The position numbers and the translations under genes are program-made. Positions 8,770 through 17,995 of a DNA stretch of 32,000 nt are shown here, in pieces (position 1 is the stretch's first letter; each line of letters starts with the position of its first letter). The notes below the pieces were generated by a model. The model did not search any database, had not been told where the DNA came from, and worked only from the letters and a program-made list of their open reading frames with translations. Origin of the DNA: Halomicronema hongdechloris C2206 (GTDB lineage Bacteria > Cyanobacteriota > Cyanobacteriia > Phormidesmidales > Phormidesmidaceae); the NCBI RefSeq assembly GCF_002075285.3, contig NZ_CP021983.2, positions 2,970,001 to 3,002,000 of the forward strand, written 5' to 3'.

Positions 8770-9325
8770 TTTCGACCAATTTCTGCAGGCCCTAGCCTTC
8801 GCTGCCCACCAACACCGCCACCAACGCCGCAAGGGAGCAGAGACGCTGCCCTACATTAATCATCCCATTGCCCTGGTGCATATCCTCTGGCACGAGGCCA
8901 CCATCCAAGACCCTGTGGTTCTTACGAGTGCTCTGCTCCATGACACGGTGGAAGATACCGGCACTAGCTTCGAGCAGATCGATGGGCAATTTGGCCCTGA
9001 GGTGGGAGCCATCGTGCGTCAACTCACTGATGATAAGACCTTGCCCAAGGCGACCCGCAAGCAGCAACAGATCGACCATGCTCCCCATCTGTGTGACCGG
9101 GCCAAGCTAGTGAAACTGGCGGATAAGATTCACAACTTACGGGACTTGCGACAGCATCCCCCCCAAGGCTGGTCTCTGGAGCGCCGTCGAGACTATTGTC
9201 AGTGGGCGAAACAGGTGGTTGATGCCCTGCGCGGTGTTCATCCTTCCTTGGAAGCCCTATTCGACCAAGCCTATGTCCAGGCCATGGCTGACCTCGATTC
9301 CCCTGCTAAGATGGAAGCTTGCTGA
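8729..9325 (+). CDS. HD-domain (p)ppGpp hydrolase, MESH1 / small alarmone hydrolase type
   Basis: [31 protein letters not shown]...[41 protein letters not shown]...[12 protein letters not shown] carries the RelA/SpoT-type HD hydrolase motifs (H..HP, HD, ED). There is no synthetase domain. ATG at 8756/8759 is the more likely start. Confidence 0.8.
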   Translation: MARLVRVVLMMAPDFDQFLQALAFAAHQHRHQRRKGAETLPYINHPIALVHILWHEATIQDPVVLTSALLHDTVEDTGTSFEQIDGQFGPEVGAIVRQLTDDKTLPKATRKQQQIDHAPHLCDRAKLVKLADKIHNLRDLRQHPPQGWSLERRRDYCQWAKQVVDALRGVHPSLEALFDQAYVQAMADLDSPAKMEAC

Positions 9326-9345
9326 TATTTCCTGCTTCAGTCGCC

Positions 9346-10779
9346 ATGAGCCACGGCACCCTCTTCGATAAGGTTTGGGAGTTACACAGCGTGGGCACCT
9401 TGCCGTCGGGGCAAACCCAGCTGTTTATCGGCCTGCACCTGATTCACGAAGTCACTAGCCCCCAGGCCTTTGCCATGCTGCGGGAGCGAGGCCTGAGCGT
9501 CATGTTTCCGGAGCGGACCGTGGCTACGGTGGATCATATCGTGCCCACAGAAAGCCAGGCTCGCCCCTTTGCCGACTCCCTGGCTGAGGAAATGATGCAG
9601 GCCCTGGAGCGTAATAGCCGGGAGCATGGCATCGCCTTCCATAGCATTGGCTCCGGTCGCCAGGGCATCGTTCACGTGATTGCCCCGGAACAGGGACTAA
9701 CCCAGCCTGGTATGACTGTGGCCTGTGGCGATAGTCACACTTCTACCCATGGTGCCTTCGGTGCGATCGCATTTGGCATCGGCACCAGCCAGGTACGCGA
9801 CGTACTGGCCTGCCAAACCCTGGCCCTGGGTAAGCTCGAGGTGCGTCGCATCGAGGTCAACGGCGAGCTGCGCCCGGGGGTCTACGCCAAAGATGTAATC
9901 TTGCATGTCATCCGCAAATTGGGGGTGAAAGGCGGCGTCGGCTTTGCCTACGAATACGCCGGCAGCACCATTGCCGCCATGGCCATGGAAGAGCGCATGA
10001 CCCTCTGCAACATGTCCATCGAGGGAGGGGCTCGCTGCGGCTATGTCAATCCCGACGCCACCACCTACGAATACCTGCAAGGGCGTGAGTTTGCCCCTAA
10101 AGGAGCCGATTGGGATCGGGCCGTGGCCTGGTGGGATAGCCTGCGCAGCGATGCCGATGCCCACTATGACGATGTCGTCGTGTTCGACGCCGCCGAGATC
10201 GCCCCCACGGTCACCTGGGGCATTACCCCGGGCCAGGGCATCGCAGTTGATGAAACCATTCCTACCCTGGAGGCTCTGCCGGAAGACGATCGCCCCATCG
10301 CCGCCGAAGCCTATCGCTATATGGATCTGCAGCCGGGCCAGCCGATTCAGGGCACGCCGGTGGATGTCTGCTTCATCGGCAGTTGCACCAACGGCCGCAT
10401 CAGCGATCTGCGGCAAGCGGCCCAGGTGGCTAAGGGACGTCAGGTGGCGGCTGGCATCAAAGCCTTCGTGGTCCCTGGCTCCGAACAGGTAAAGTGCCAG
10501 GCCGAAGCCGAAGGCCTGGACCAGATCTTCACCGCTGCTGGCTTCGAATGGCGAGAGCCAGGCTGCTCTATGTGTCTGGCCATGAACCCCGATAAACTGC
10601 AGGGCCGCCAGATCAGCGCCTCCTCCTCTAATCGCAACTTCAAGGGCCGCCAGGGCTCCGCCTCGGGCCGCACCCTGTTGATGAGTCCAGCCATGGTGGC
10701 CACGGCAGCCATCAGCGGTCAGGTGGCCGATGTGCGTGACCTGCTGTCGATCCCGAAGGGGGTAGGGGTGATGGGGTGA
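9346..10779 (+). CDS. leuC: 3-isopropylmalate dehydratase large subunit
   Basis: [14 protein letters not shown]...[13 protein letters not shown]...[24 protein letters not shown]...[14 protein letters not shown]...[10 protein letters not shown] is an aconitase-family LeuC signature with the three Fe-S cysteine ligand blocks. The track ORF starts at 9319, but ATG at 9346 fits homologues. Confidence 0.95.
   Translation: MSHGTLFDKVWELHSVGTLPSGQTQLFIGLHLIHEVTSPQAFAMLRERGLSVMFPERTVATVDHIVPTESQARPFADSLAEEMMQALERNSREHGIAFHSIGSGRQGIVHVIAPEQGLTQPGMTVACGDSHTSTHGAFGAIAFGIGTSQVRDVLACQTLALGKLEVRRIEVNGELRPGVYAKDVILHVIRKLGVKGGVGFAYEYAGSTIAAMAMEERMTLCNMSIEGGARCGYVNPDATTYEYLQGREFAPKGADWDRAVAWWDSLRSDADAHYDDVVVFDAAEIAPTVTWGITPGQGIAVDETIPTLEALPEDDRPIAAEAYRYMDLQPGQPIQGTPVDVCFIGSCTNGRISDLRQAAQVAKGRQVAAGIKAFVVPGSEQVKCQAEAEGLDQIFTAAGFEWREPGCSMCLAMNPDKLQGRQISASSSNRNFKGRQGSASGRTLLMSPAMVATAAISGQVADVRDLLSIPKGVGVMG
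9763..9770. repeat. HIP1 octamer GCGATCGC
   Basis: Exact octamer read at these coordinates. Confidence 0.95.
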
Positions 10780-10832
10780 AATTACAGGACTTAACTAAGG
10801 TTTCATCAAAATTTAACCTCGAGATCTTCCCG

Positions 10833-10866
10833 GCTTAAGCTCAAGTGTTAATGATTACACTTAAGC
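10833..10866. promoter_or_regulatory. Dyad-symmetric element upstream of the Crp/Fnr-family gene (candidate operator)
   Basis: The sequence is GCTTAAGCTCAAGTGTTAATGATTACACTTAAGC. It contains AAGTGT-N8-ACACTT (10843-10862), flanked by two CTTAAGC copies (10834-10840 and 10860-10866). It lies 106-139 nt upstream of GTG 10972. The half-sites resemble the TGT/ACA cores of CRP/NtcA-type sites, but the spacing is non-canonical. Confidence 0.3.
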
Positions 10867-10971
10867 GTGTCACGACTGGGGAACCTTGCCCTGTTTACCA
10901 GCCAAGGACCAACGGGCTTGCCTCTTGGCCCCTGAGATGACACCTGATTAGATGGTCTCTGAGGAATAGAT

Positions 10972-11649
10972 GTGTCTGTACAGTCGACAGTTCGCTTCGG
11001 GTCGTTGCCTCAGACGTCTTCCCAGCAGCCTTTTGTGAATCTGCTCGAGCAACTCTATTGCGATCGCACCCTCACTCCCTACAGTACCGGGCGTACCATT
11101 CCTCTCAAAACTGACCGGCTACTCATCGTTTGCCGGGGAGTTGTCCAGCTCTTCACCATTCAACAAGACGGCAGCGAAACTCTACTGGGTCTAGCCGGAC
11201 CCTCCATGCCCATCGGCCTCTGCCTCACCACCGTGGACCCCTATTGGGCCACCGCCCTCACTGATGTGGATGTGCTGCCCTTAGACATTGCCGAGGTGGA
11301 AGCCTCCCCGGCCCTGATGGCCGGCATCTTCCGCCACCTCTCCTTACGGCTGCAACAGGCCGAAGCCTGGTTAGCCTTGGCCGGCAAGCGCCTGGTAGCC
11401 GACCGCCTCAAACACCTGTTGATCCTATTGGCCCGAGACTTTGGCCAGGTAGAACCCAGCGGCATTCGCATTCCCGTGCGTCTGACCCATCATCAACTCG
11501 CCACCGCCATCGGCACTACTCGAGTCACCGTCACCCGCCTACTCAAGGACTTTAAGGCCGAGGGTTGGCTCGTGATCGACCAGCGACAAATGATGCTGCG
11601 GCGGGATGGCATGCGGGCCGTGTCCCCCCTGATGGGGACTGGTCAGTAG
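10972..11649 (+). CDS. Crp/Fnr-family transcriptional regulator
   Basis: 225-aa ORF. The N-terminal cNMP-binding-like beta-barrel region is followed by the C-terminal HTH LTHHQLATAIGTTRVTVTRLLKDFKAEGWL. GAGGAA lies 5 nt upstream of the GTG. Confidence 0.85.
   Translation: MSVQSTVRFGSLPQTSSQQPFVNLLEQLYCDRTLTPYSTGRTIPLKTDRLLIVCRGVVQLFTIQQDGSETLLGLAGPSMPIGLCLTTVDPYWATALTDVDVLPLDIAEVEASPALMAGIFRHLSLRLQQAEAWLALAGKRLVADRLKHLLILLARDFGQVEPSGIRIPVRLTHHQLATAIGTTRVTVTRLLKDFKAEGWLVIDQRQMMLRRDGMRAVSPLMGTGQ
11060..11067. repeat. HIP1 octamer GCGATCGC
   Basis: Exact octamer read at these coordinates. Confidence 0.95.
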
Positions 11650-11934
11650 CTTGGGGCCGTGTTTTTGCAAAGAAAATCTTAAAAAGCCTGCCAGGCAAGT
11701 GCCGTCAAGACTCTAGCGACCTTGCTTGAGTGTTTACAGTGATTCCGAAAACCTTGCTCTGACGGCTGTTGAGGCATTTTGAAAATCACCTCTCATTTCA
11801 ATCACCTCTGATACAAATTGATCCCGCCGCAGCCGCTAAGGTGTCTTGCAAAGGTTTAAAGCCTTGCCATTCCTTGCTAGTGCATCAAGGAACCGTAAAT
11901 TTCCCGATGATACGGTTTATCTTGCCAGCACCTT

Positions 11935-11957
11935 GGCTTTAATCAGAGGTTAAAGCC
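11935..11957. other. Perfect 8-bp stem / 7-nt loop hairpin (GGCTTTAA-TCAGAGG-TTAAAGCC)
   Basis: Read directly. It lies in the 672-nt non-coding gap between the Crp-family gene and the sugar phosphorylase gene. No U-tract follows on either strand. Confidence 0.5.
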
Positions 11958-12145
11958 ATCAATATCACCCAACCACCGCCCACTCCACAGCAGTCCCATC
12001 TGCTCTGGACTGAGGTCTAGACGGAGATACCCTTGATTCGCTAGATTGCTCAAAATCCAGATAGTCAAGGTGCATAATCTTCGCTCCTCTCCAGCGTTAT
12101 AGCAACGTATGGAGGGATTTTGCTCATCCATATCTAGTGTCCTTA

Positions 12146-12176
12146 GAAATGCCAGGTGTCTCGCCCCTGGCATTTC
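12146..12176. other. Perfect 11-bp stem / 9-nt loop hairpin (GAAATGCCAGG-TGTCTCGCC-CCTGGCATTTC)
   Basis: Read directly. It lies 146 nt upstream of ATG 12322. It is not followed by a T-run, so it is more likely a leader or regulatory structure than an intrinsic terminator. Confidence 0.5.
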
Positions 12177-12321
12177 CCTATCGGCAAGATGCTTCCCGCC
12201 GTTGTCTGGCTGTCCTTTCAACCATGGAAGCTCTAGGCAACCCAGGGAACCCGTCAGCCTCTATCTGCCCTCGTTTATCTGTATTGGTTTATTTGCACTC
12301 ATTAGGTTCAACATCAATCCC

Positions 12322-14115
12322 ATGATTGCCGTTCCCAAACAGCAGGTCACCCAACTCAGCAGCTATATCGAGCCCCTCCTAAAGCGGATTTATCCTGAGC
12401 CCGTGATTCCTGGGCTCTTGGACAAAATTCTTCACCTGATCGAACCCTACTTAACCTCAGCAGCAGAGGAAAACCTGAAAAAGTGGAACCACGACAACGT
12501 TCTGCTGATTACCTACGGTGATAGTATCGCCAGTTCAGACGGACGCAGCCCCCTGACAGCCCTGGGAGATTTCCTAGATACCTACCTGAAAGACACTATC
12601 ACCGGCGTCCACATTCTTCCCTTCTTTCCCTACAGCTCCGATGATGGTTTCGCCATTACCGACTACCAACAGGTCAACCCAGTCTTGGGAGATTGGGAAG
12701 ACATTCGACACATTGCCCATCACTTCAATCTCATGGTTGACCTAGTCGTCAACCATGTATCCAGTCAGCACAGTTGGTTTCAGCAATTCAAGCAAGGACA
12801 GAAACCAGGCTGTGACTATTTCATCACCGTCGATCCAGACACCGATCTCTCCCAGGTGGTCCGCCCCCGGAGCCTGCCCCTGTTGACCCCAGTCGACACC
12901 AAAAAGGGGCGTCAGTATGTCTGGTCTACCTTTAGCAACGACCAAATCGACGTCAACTTTGCCAATCCAGATGTCCTATGGGAATACCTGAAAATCATCC
13001 TCTTCTACGTTCAGAATGGCGCTCGCTACCTGCGCCTCGATGCCGTCGGTTTTCTCTGGAAGAAAATTGGCACCAAGTGTATTCATCTGTCTGAAACCCA
13101 CAACATCATTCGTCTCTTCCGGGAAATTTTGCAGCTGATCGACCCAGGCATTGCCCTGATTACGGAAACCAATGTGCCGAATCGAGAGAACCTCAGCTAT
13201 TTCGGCAACCGCAACGAAGCCCACATGATCTACAACTTCAGCCTGCCGCCCCTGTTGCTGCACGCGCTGATTCAGGGCAAATCTGATCACCTGAAAACCT
13301 GGATGATGAGCATGCCCCCTGCGCCCATTGGCTGTGCCTACTTCAATTTCACCGCCTCCCACGATGGCATCGGCCTGCGTCCGGCCGAGGGGCTGCTATC
13401 CCAAGATGAATACGATACCCTTCTGGAGACGATGCGCCAGTGCGGCGGCGACATCAGCATGCGACGCCATCCCGACGGCAGTGAGTCTCCCTATGAGATC
13501 AATATTTCCCTATTTGATGCCCTCAAAGGTACCGTCGATGGACCTGATCAATGGCAAATCGAGCGTTTCCTGTGTGCTCAGACCATCATGATGTCCTTGG
13601 AAGGCATTCCTGCCTTTTATATCCATAGTCTCTTGGCGACCCATAACGATACTGCCCGCAGGCAAGAGACTGGTCAGAAACGCTCCATCAATCGCCACAA
13701 GTGGGACTACGATGCCCTGAAGGCAGCCCTGGCCGATTCTGACTCTTCCCATGCCATCGTGTTCGAGGAACTCTGCCGCCTGATTCAGATTCGCCGGCGG
13801 CAGCGGGCCTTTCACCCCAATGCCACCCAATACACCCTGCACCCGCTTAATAAGGCGCTGCTAGCTTTCTGGCGTCAGAGCATGGCCCGAGATCAGAGTA
13901 TCTTCTCGGTCCACAACCTCAGCAACCAGCCCCAGGAGCTCCGCCTGGCCGATCTCAACCTGCTCAACACCGATACCTGGTATGACCTAATCAGCGGCGA
14001 TCAATTCCAAGATATCTATTCGGCTTACACCTTGCAGCCCTATCAGTCCCTCTGGATCACCAATAAGATCGACTCGGCCCACGATAGTTCCATCCCAGAT
14101 CCCCTGTTGATGTAG
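12322..14115 (+). CDS. GH13 subfamily 18 sugar phosphorylase (sucrose phosphorylase family)
   Basis: LITYGDSI...GVHILPFFPYSSDDGFAITDYQQVNPVLGDWEDI...FNLMVDLVVNHVSSQHSWFQQF...YLRLDAVGFLWKKIGT...ALITETNVP...FNFTASHDGIGLRP are the sucrose-phosphorylase-type GH13 catalytic blocks. The track ORF begins at 12109, but its first 71 residues look non-protein-like. ATG at 12322 (MIAVPKQQ) gives 597 aa. Confidence 0.8.
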   Translation: MIAVPKQQVTQLSSYIEPLLKRIYPEPVIPGLLDKILHLIEPYLTSAAEENLKKWNHDNVLLITYGDSIASSDGRSPLTALGDFLDTYLKDTITGVHILPFFPYSSDDGFAITDYQQVNPVLGDWEDIRHIAHHFNLMVDLVVNHVSSQHSWFQQFKQGQKPGCDYFITVDPDTDLSQVVRPRSLPLLTPVDTKKGRQYVWSTFSNDQIDVNFANPDVLWEYLKIILFYVQNGARYLRLDAVGFLWKKIGTKCIHLSETHNIIRLFREILQLIDPGIALITETNVPNRENLSYFGNRNEAHMIYNFSLPPLLLHALIQGKSDHLKTWMMSMPPAPIGCAYFNFTASHDGIGLRPAEGLLSQDEYDTLLETMRQCGGDISMRRHPDGSESPYEINISLFDALKGTVDGPDQWQIERFLCAQTIMMSLEGIPAFYIHSLLATHNDTARRQETGQKRSINRHKWDYDALKAALADSDSSHAIVFEELCRLIQIRRRQRAFHPNATQYTLHPLNKALLAFWRQSMARDQSIFSVHNLSNQPQELRLADLNLLNTDTWYDLISGDQFQDIYSAYTLQPYQSLWITNKIDSAHDSSIPDPLLM

Positions 14116-14219
14116 AGGTAGAGGATGGGGAAGGCGGAGACACGGAGGCCGGAGGAGGGGCGAGGGACGGGAATAGGCCCCTTCACCCGCTACTCACCGA
14201 CCCATCCACCCTTCACTCT

Positions 14220-16388
14220 TCACCCTCCATTCTCCCTCTCGCTCTCGAAGCAGTTTTCACAGTGCAGCACCACCATGGAGCGTCCGGCAACGGGAATTGC
14301 CTGGCTGGCACAGTAAGTCTGGTCGCCGTTGACAAATCCTGTCGGCTCTTTGGTATCCAAGATCATCTGCCAGCACTGGCGGATCAGGGAGGGGGGAATG
14401 GTAAATTCCAGGGGTTCCGGATGGGGATTGAAGTACATCAAGAAACTGTCGTCGGTGATGCGCTCTCCACGGGAATCGGGGCTCATCAGTTCTTCGCCGT
14501 TGAGGAAGACGGCGATGGCCTTGACGTCGTCATCATGCCATTGTTCGTCGGTGACGCTGGTGCCGTCGGGGTTATACCAACCGATGTCGAGGACGCCGGA
14601 ACCATGGATTTCGCGGCCCTGAAACCAGTGGCGGCGGCAAAACACGGGATGCTCTTGCCGCAGGTGGATCAGGCGCTGGGTAAACTCCAGTAGGGTTTGG
14701 TCATCGGGGCGGAGGGTCCAGTTAAACCAGGACAGCTGGTTGTCTTGGCAATAGGTGTTGTTGTTGCCCTGCTGGGTACGGCCCATCTCGTCTCCCCCCA
14801 GTAGCATCGGCACGCCCTGGGAGAGCATCAGGGTGGCCAGGAAGTTGCGCTGTAGTTGCGATCGCAACTGCAAGACCTCCGGGTCATCGGTCTCCCCTTC
14901 CACCCCACAGTTCCAGGAGCGGTTGTAGCTTTCCCCGTCCCGGTTCGCTTCGCCGTTGGCCTCGTTGTGCTTCTCGTTGTAGCTGACTAGATCCCGCAGG
15001 GTAAAGCCATCGTGGGCGGTGATGAAGTTGATGCTGGCGTGGGGCTGCTTGCCATTGGCCTGGTAGAGGTCAGAACTGCCGGTGATGCGATAGGCAAATT
15101 CCCCCAGACGACAGTCCTGGTCCCGCCAGAAGTCGCGCATGGAATCCCGGTACTTGCCGTTCCACTCCGACCACAACAGGGGGAAATTACCCACCTGATA
15201 GCCCCCTTCCCCCACATCCCAGGGCTCGGCGATCAATTTGGTGATGGACAACACCGGATCCTGGTGGATGATGTCGAAAAACGCCGCCAGGCTGTCCACC
15301 TCGTAGAGTTCTCGGGCCAGGGCCGAGGCCAAATCAAAGCGGAAACCATCCACATGCATCTCCAGCACCCAGTAGCGCAGGCTATCCATGATTAGCTTTA
15401 GCACCTGGGGATGGCGCACATTCAGGGAATTGCCGCAGCCGGTGAAGTCCATGTAGTAGCGGGGAGCATCGTCCACCAGGCGGTAGTAGGCGGGGTTATC
15501 CAGGCCGCGAAAGGCCAAGGTGGGGCCGTAGTGATTCCCCTCGCCGGTGTGATTATAGACCACATCTAAGATCACCTCAATGCCGGCCCGATGCAGGGCC
15601 TTGACCATTCCCTTAAACTCCCGCACCTGATCGCCGTAGATGCCGGAGGCGCTGTAGCCGGAGTAGGGAGCAAAGTAGCCAATGGAATCGTAGCCCCAGT
15701 AATTGCGCAGCCCTAATTCGGCCAAGTGCCCTGGATTGGCGGTGAAGTGATGCACCGGCAGCAGCTCCACCGCCGTCACCCCCATGGACTTGAGGTGTTC
15801 GATGGCGGCTGGATGGGCCAAGCCGGCGTAGGTGCCCCGCAGATTTTCAGGGATATCGGGATGCTGCTGGGTAAACCCCTTGACATGGGTTTCGTAGATC
15901 ACGGTGCGATACCAAGGGGTATCGGGATAGGCATCTCCTTCCCAGTCAAAGGCCGGATCGACTACCACGCAGCGGGGCATCGCCGCCGTATCATCTTGGG
16001 GCAGCAGCATCAGATCCCGGTCTGGATCAGCCGCCTCATCCACGGCGTAGCTGAAGGTACTGGCATCGGCCTGAATGTCGCCGGCAATGGCCTTGGCGTA
16101 GGGGTCAAGCAACAACTTGCTGGGGTCAAACCGCAGCCCCTCTTCGGGAGCGTAGGCGCCATGGACTCGATAGCCATAGCGCTGGCCTGGTCCCACCTGG
16201 GGCAGATAGCCGTGCCAGACATAGTTGTCGATTTCCTTCAGGGGGACTCGGGTCTGGTGCCCCTGGTCATCAAACAGACACAGCTCGACGGCGGTGGCGT
16301 TTTCGGAAAACAGGGCGAAGTTAGTGCCCTGTCCATCCCAGGTGGCTCCCAAAGGGTGGGATTTGCCTGGCCAAACCTGCTTATCCAT
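14220..16388 (-). CDS. glgX: Glycogen debranching enzyme GlgX (GH13_11)
   Basis: 722-aa ORF. WPGKSHPLGATWDGQGTNFALFSENATAVELCLFD (CBM48 start), VILDVVYNHTGEG, DGFRFDLAS, LIAEPWD, INFITAHDGFTLRDLVSYNEKHN. Confidence 0.92.
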   Translation of the reverse strand: MDKQVWPGKSHPLGATWDGQGTNFALFSENATAVELCLFDDQGHQTRVPLKEIDNYVWHGYLPQVGPGQRYGYRVHGAYAPEEGLRFDPSKLLLDPYAKAIAGDIQADASTFSYAVDEAADPDRDLMLLPQDDTAAMPRCVVVDPAFDWEGDAYPDTPWYRTVIYETHVKGFTQQHPDIPENLRGTYAGLAHPAAIEHLKSMGVTAVELLPVHHFTANPGHLAELGLRNYWGYDSIGYFAPYSGYSASGIYGDQVREFKGMVKALHRAGIEVILDVVYNHTGEGNHYGPTLAFRGLDNPAYYRLVDDAPRYYMDFTGCGNSLNVRHPQVLKLIMDSLRYWVLEMHVDGFRFDLASALARELYEVDSLAAFFDIIHQDPVLSITKLIAEPWDVGEGGYQVGNFPLLWSEWNGKYRDSMRDFWRDQDCRLGEFAYRITGSSDLYQANGKQPHASINFITAHDGFTLRDLVSYNEKHNEANGEANRDGESYNRSWNCGVEGETDDPEVLQLRSQLQRNFLATLMLSQGVPMLLGGDEMGRTQQGNNNTYCQDNQLSWFNWTLRPDDQTLLEFTQRLIHLRQEHPVFCRRHWFQGREIHGSGVLDIGWYNPDGTSVTDEQWHDDDVKAIAVFLNGEELMSPDSRGERITDDSFLMYFNPHPEPLEFTIPPSLIRQCWQMILDTKEPTGFVNGDQTYCASQAIPVAGRSMVVLHCENCFESERENGG
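14858..14865. repeat. HIP1 octamer GCGATCGC
   Basis: Exact octamer read at these coordinates. Confidence 0.95.
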
Positions 16389-16494
16389 TGCGAGTGCTCC
16401 CGGGGGACGGTAATTGAACCATATCGTCTGGTTATACGATAGTAGCGCCTGGGGTTCGGTTCAATCGGTGATTAGCTAGACGCCAGGGGCTCAA

Positions 16495-17874
16495 TCAGCT
16501 GGAGACCATGGCCGCCACCGCCTCAGCCTGGGTGGGCAGGGCCGCCGTCAACACCTGGCAGCCCTCGGTCGTAATCAGCACATCGTCTTCGATACGAATG
16601 CCGCGCACATCATTGAAATGGGTGAGGTAGTCCCAGTTGACGCACTGGCGATAGGTCTGCCGCCGGGCGGGGTCGTTGAGAATGCCAGGCACTTGATAGA
16701 AACCGGGCTCGATGGTAACGGCCATGCCCGCTTGCAGGGGGCGGTCAGGCGCAGAAAGGCCAGGCCAAAGCGCTGGCTCCGCTGCCGGCCTGGGGCATAA
16801 CCGGCCAGATCGCCGAGGTCTTCCATGTCGTGGACGTCGAGGCCGAGCAGATGGCCGACACCGTGGGGGAAAAAACAGGGCGTGAGCATCCTGCTCCACC
16901 AGGGACTCTGGATCGCCCCGCAATAGGCCCAGGTCCACCAGCCCCTCCGCCAGGACACGACAGGCCAGGAGATGCAGGTCTCGGTATTCTACCTCCGGCC
17001 CGGCTTGGGCAATGCAGGCATCGTGGGCAGCCAGCACGATATCGTAGATGGCTCGCTGGGTGGGGGAAAAATGCCCGCTCACCGGCCAGGTGAGAGTAAT
17101 GTCTGAGGCCAGCCGGGAGGGGGCTTCCGCCCCGACATCGGCCAAGAGTAAATGGCCCGGCTGCAGCCGCTGGTGGTACTGCTGGTTATGCAAGACCTCG
17201 CCGTGGTGGGGGGTGACGATGCTGGCGTAGGCGCAGTCCATGTTGTGGGCCAGGATGATCCGCTCCATGGCGGCTCGCACCTCGGCGGCGCTGGTGGCCC
17301 AGGGGGTGGCCACCATGCCTGCTTCGTGGGCGGCCACGGAGACGGCAGCGGCCTCACGGATCTGGGCGATCGCATCCTCGTCATGGCAAAGCCGCACCTG
17401 CACCATGGCCGCTGCCAGCTGGCGGTCAGGATCGGTGGCCTGGGTCGAGGTCGGCACCGGACGACCCAGGATCTGTTCTTGCTGGGCCAATACCGCTGGA
17501 TTGCAGGCGGCAATGGTGGCAGCGCCTTGCACCCGGGGGGCCAAATCGGCCAGGGGATAGGCGGCATCGGCCCCGATCTGCACGGCGATATCATCCCGGC
17601 CAGGGCTGGGGCCATGCCAGAGAACCTCCTCTGGAGAGGCGTCGTCTAGAAACAGGGTGAGCCGCCCCTGCTGCAGGAGGATGACGCCTTGGGCTAGGGG
17701 CAGTCCGGTGAAGTAGAGGAAGTGGCTACTGGCCCGGAAGGGAAAGGTATTGGCGGGAAAGTTGCGGCTGGGAGGCTGTCCGGCCCAGAGGGCTATAGGG
17801 CCATCGATGAATGCGGCCAACCGTCGCCGCCGCTGCCGTAAGGTCTCTGCCAGAGAGAAATGGAGCCCATGCAT
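16495..17874 (-). pseudogene. Xaa-Pro aminopeptidase (peptidase M24B) with two compensating frameshifts across the catalytic core
   Basis: The 459-aa ORF has M24B blocks: LHNQQYHQRLQPGHLLLADVGAE, AVTIEPGFY, GIRIEDDVLIT. The diagnostic HGVGHLLGLDVHD block is encoded in a different frame (track ORF 16575-16958). The annotated frame reads Arg/Pro-rich junk there (PPRCRPSARPRRPRHGRPRRSGR). See the finding for details. Confidence 0.75.
17366..17373. repeat. HIP1 octamer GCGATCGC
   Basis: Exact octamer read at these coordinates. Confidence 0.95.
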
Positions 17875-17995
17875 GCCAAAACGCCTCGGGAAACGCCTGC
17901 TCCTATGCTAAGGATACTGCTCTTAGTCTGGTGTCCGAAAATTGATTGGAGTCATTTCAATCTGGGTTAGGTAAGGTGATTTAGGTCGCCGGTGA

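Noticed and set aside
9697-10416. 239-aa minus-strand ORF and other ORFs overlapping leuC
   Set aside because: They are antisense to an unambiguous leuC. Gly/Ala/Arg-rich ORFs of this kind are typical artefacts of GC-rich coding DNA.
11943-12321. 92-aa minus ORF (11943-12221) and the 71-aa N-terminal extension of the phosphorylase ORF (12109-12321)
   Set aside because: Both are Cys/Arg/Ser-rich with no motifs, and they overlap each other. Homologous phosphorylases start near MIAVPKQQ (12322). I treated the region as non-coding leader.
14113-14250. Polypurine tract (about 14113-14177) switching to a polypyrimidine tract (about 14178-14248) between the convergent phosphorylase and glgX genes, with a 6-bp AGGGGC/GCCCCT stem
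   Set aside because: I considered it as a bidirectional terminator. However, the stem is short, the loop is 15 nt, no U-tract is present, and the pyrimidine half is simply the glgX C-terminal coding sequence.
15726-16442. 238-aa plus-strand ORF and other ORFs overlapping glgX
   Set aside because: They are antisense to a complete GlgX with all catalytic blocks. Their composition is Gly/Arg/Pro-rich.
16575-16958. 127-aa alternative-frame ORF inside the aminopeptidase gene
   Set aside because: It is not an independent gene. It carries the displaced HGVGHLLGLDVHD core of the aminopeptidase itself, as explained by the frameshift finding.
17079-17649. ORFs 17079-17615 (minus, other frame) and 17152-17649 / 17240-17560 (plus)
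   Set aside because: These are Pro/Arg/Trp-rich or Gly-rich overlapping frames within the GC-rich aminopeptidase gene. They contain no motifs.
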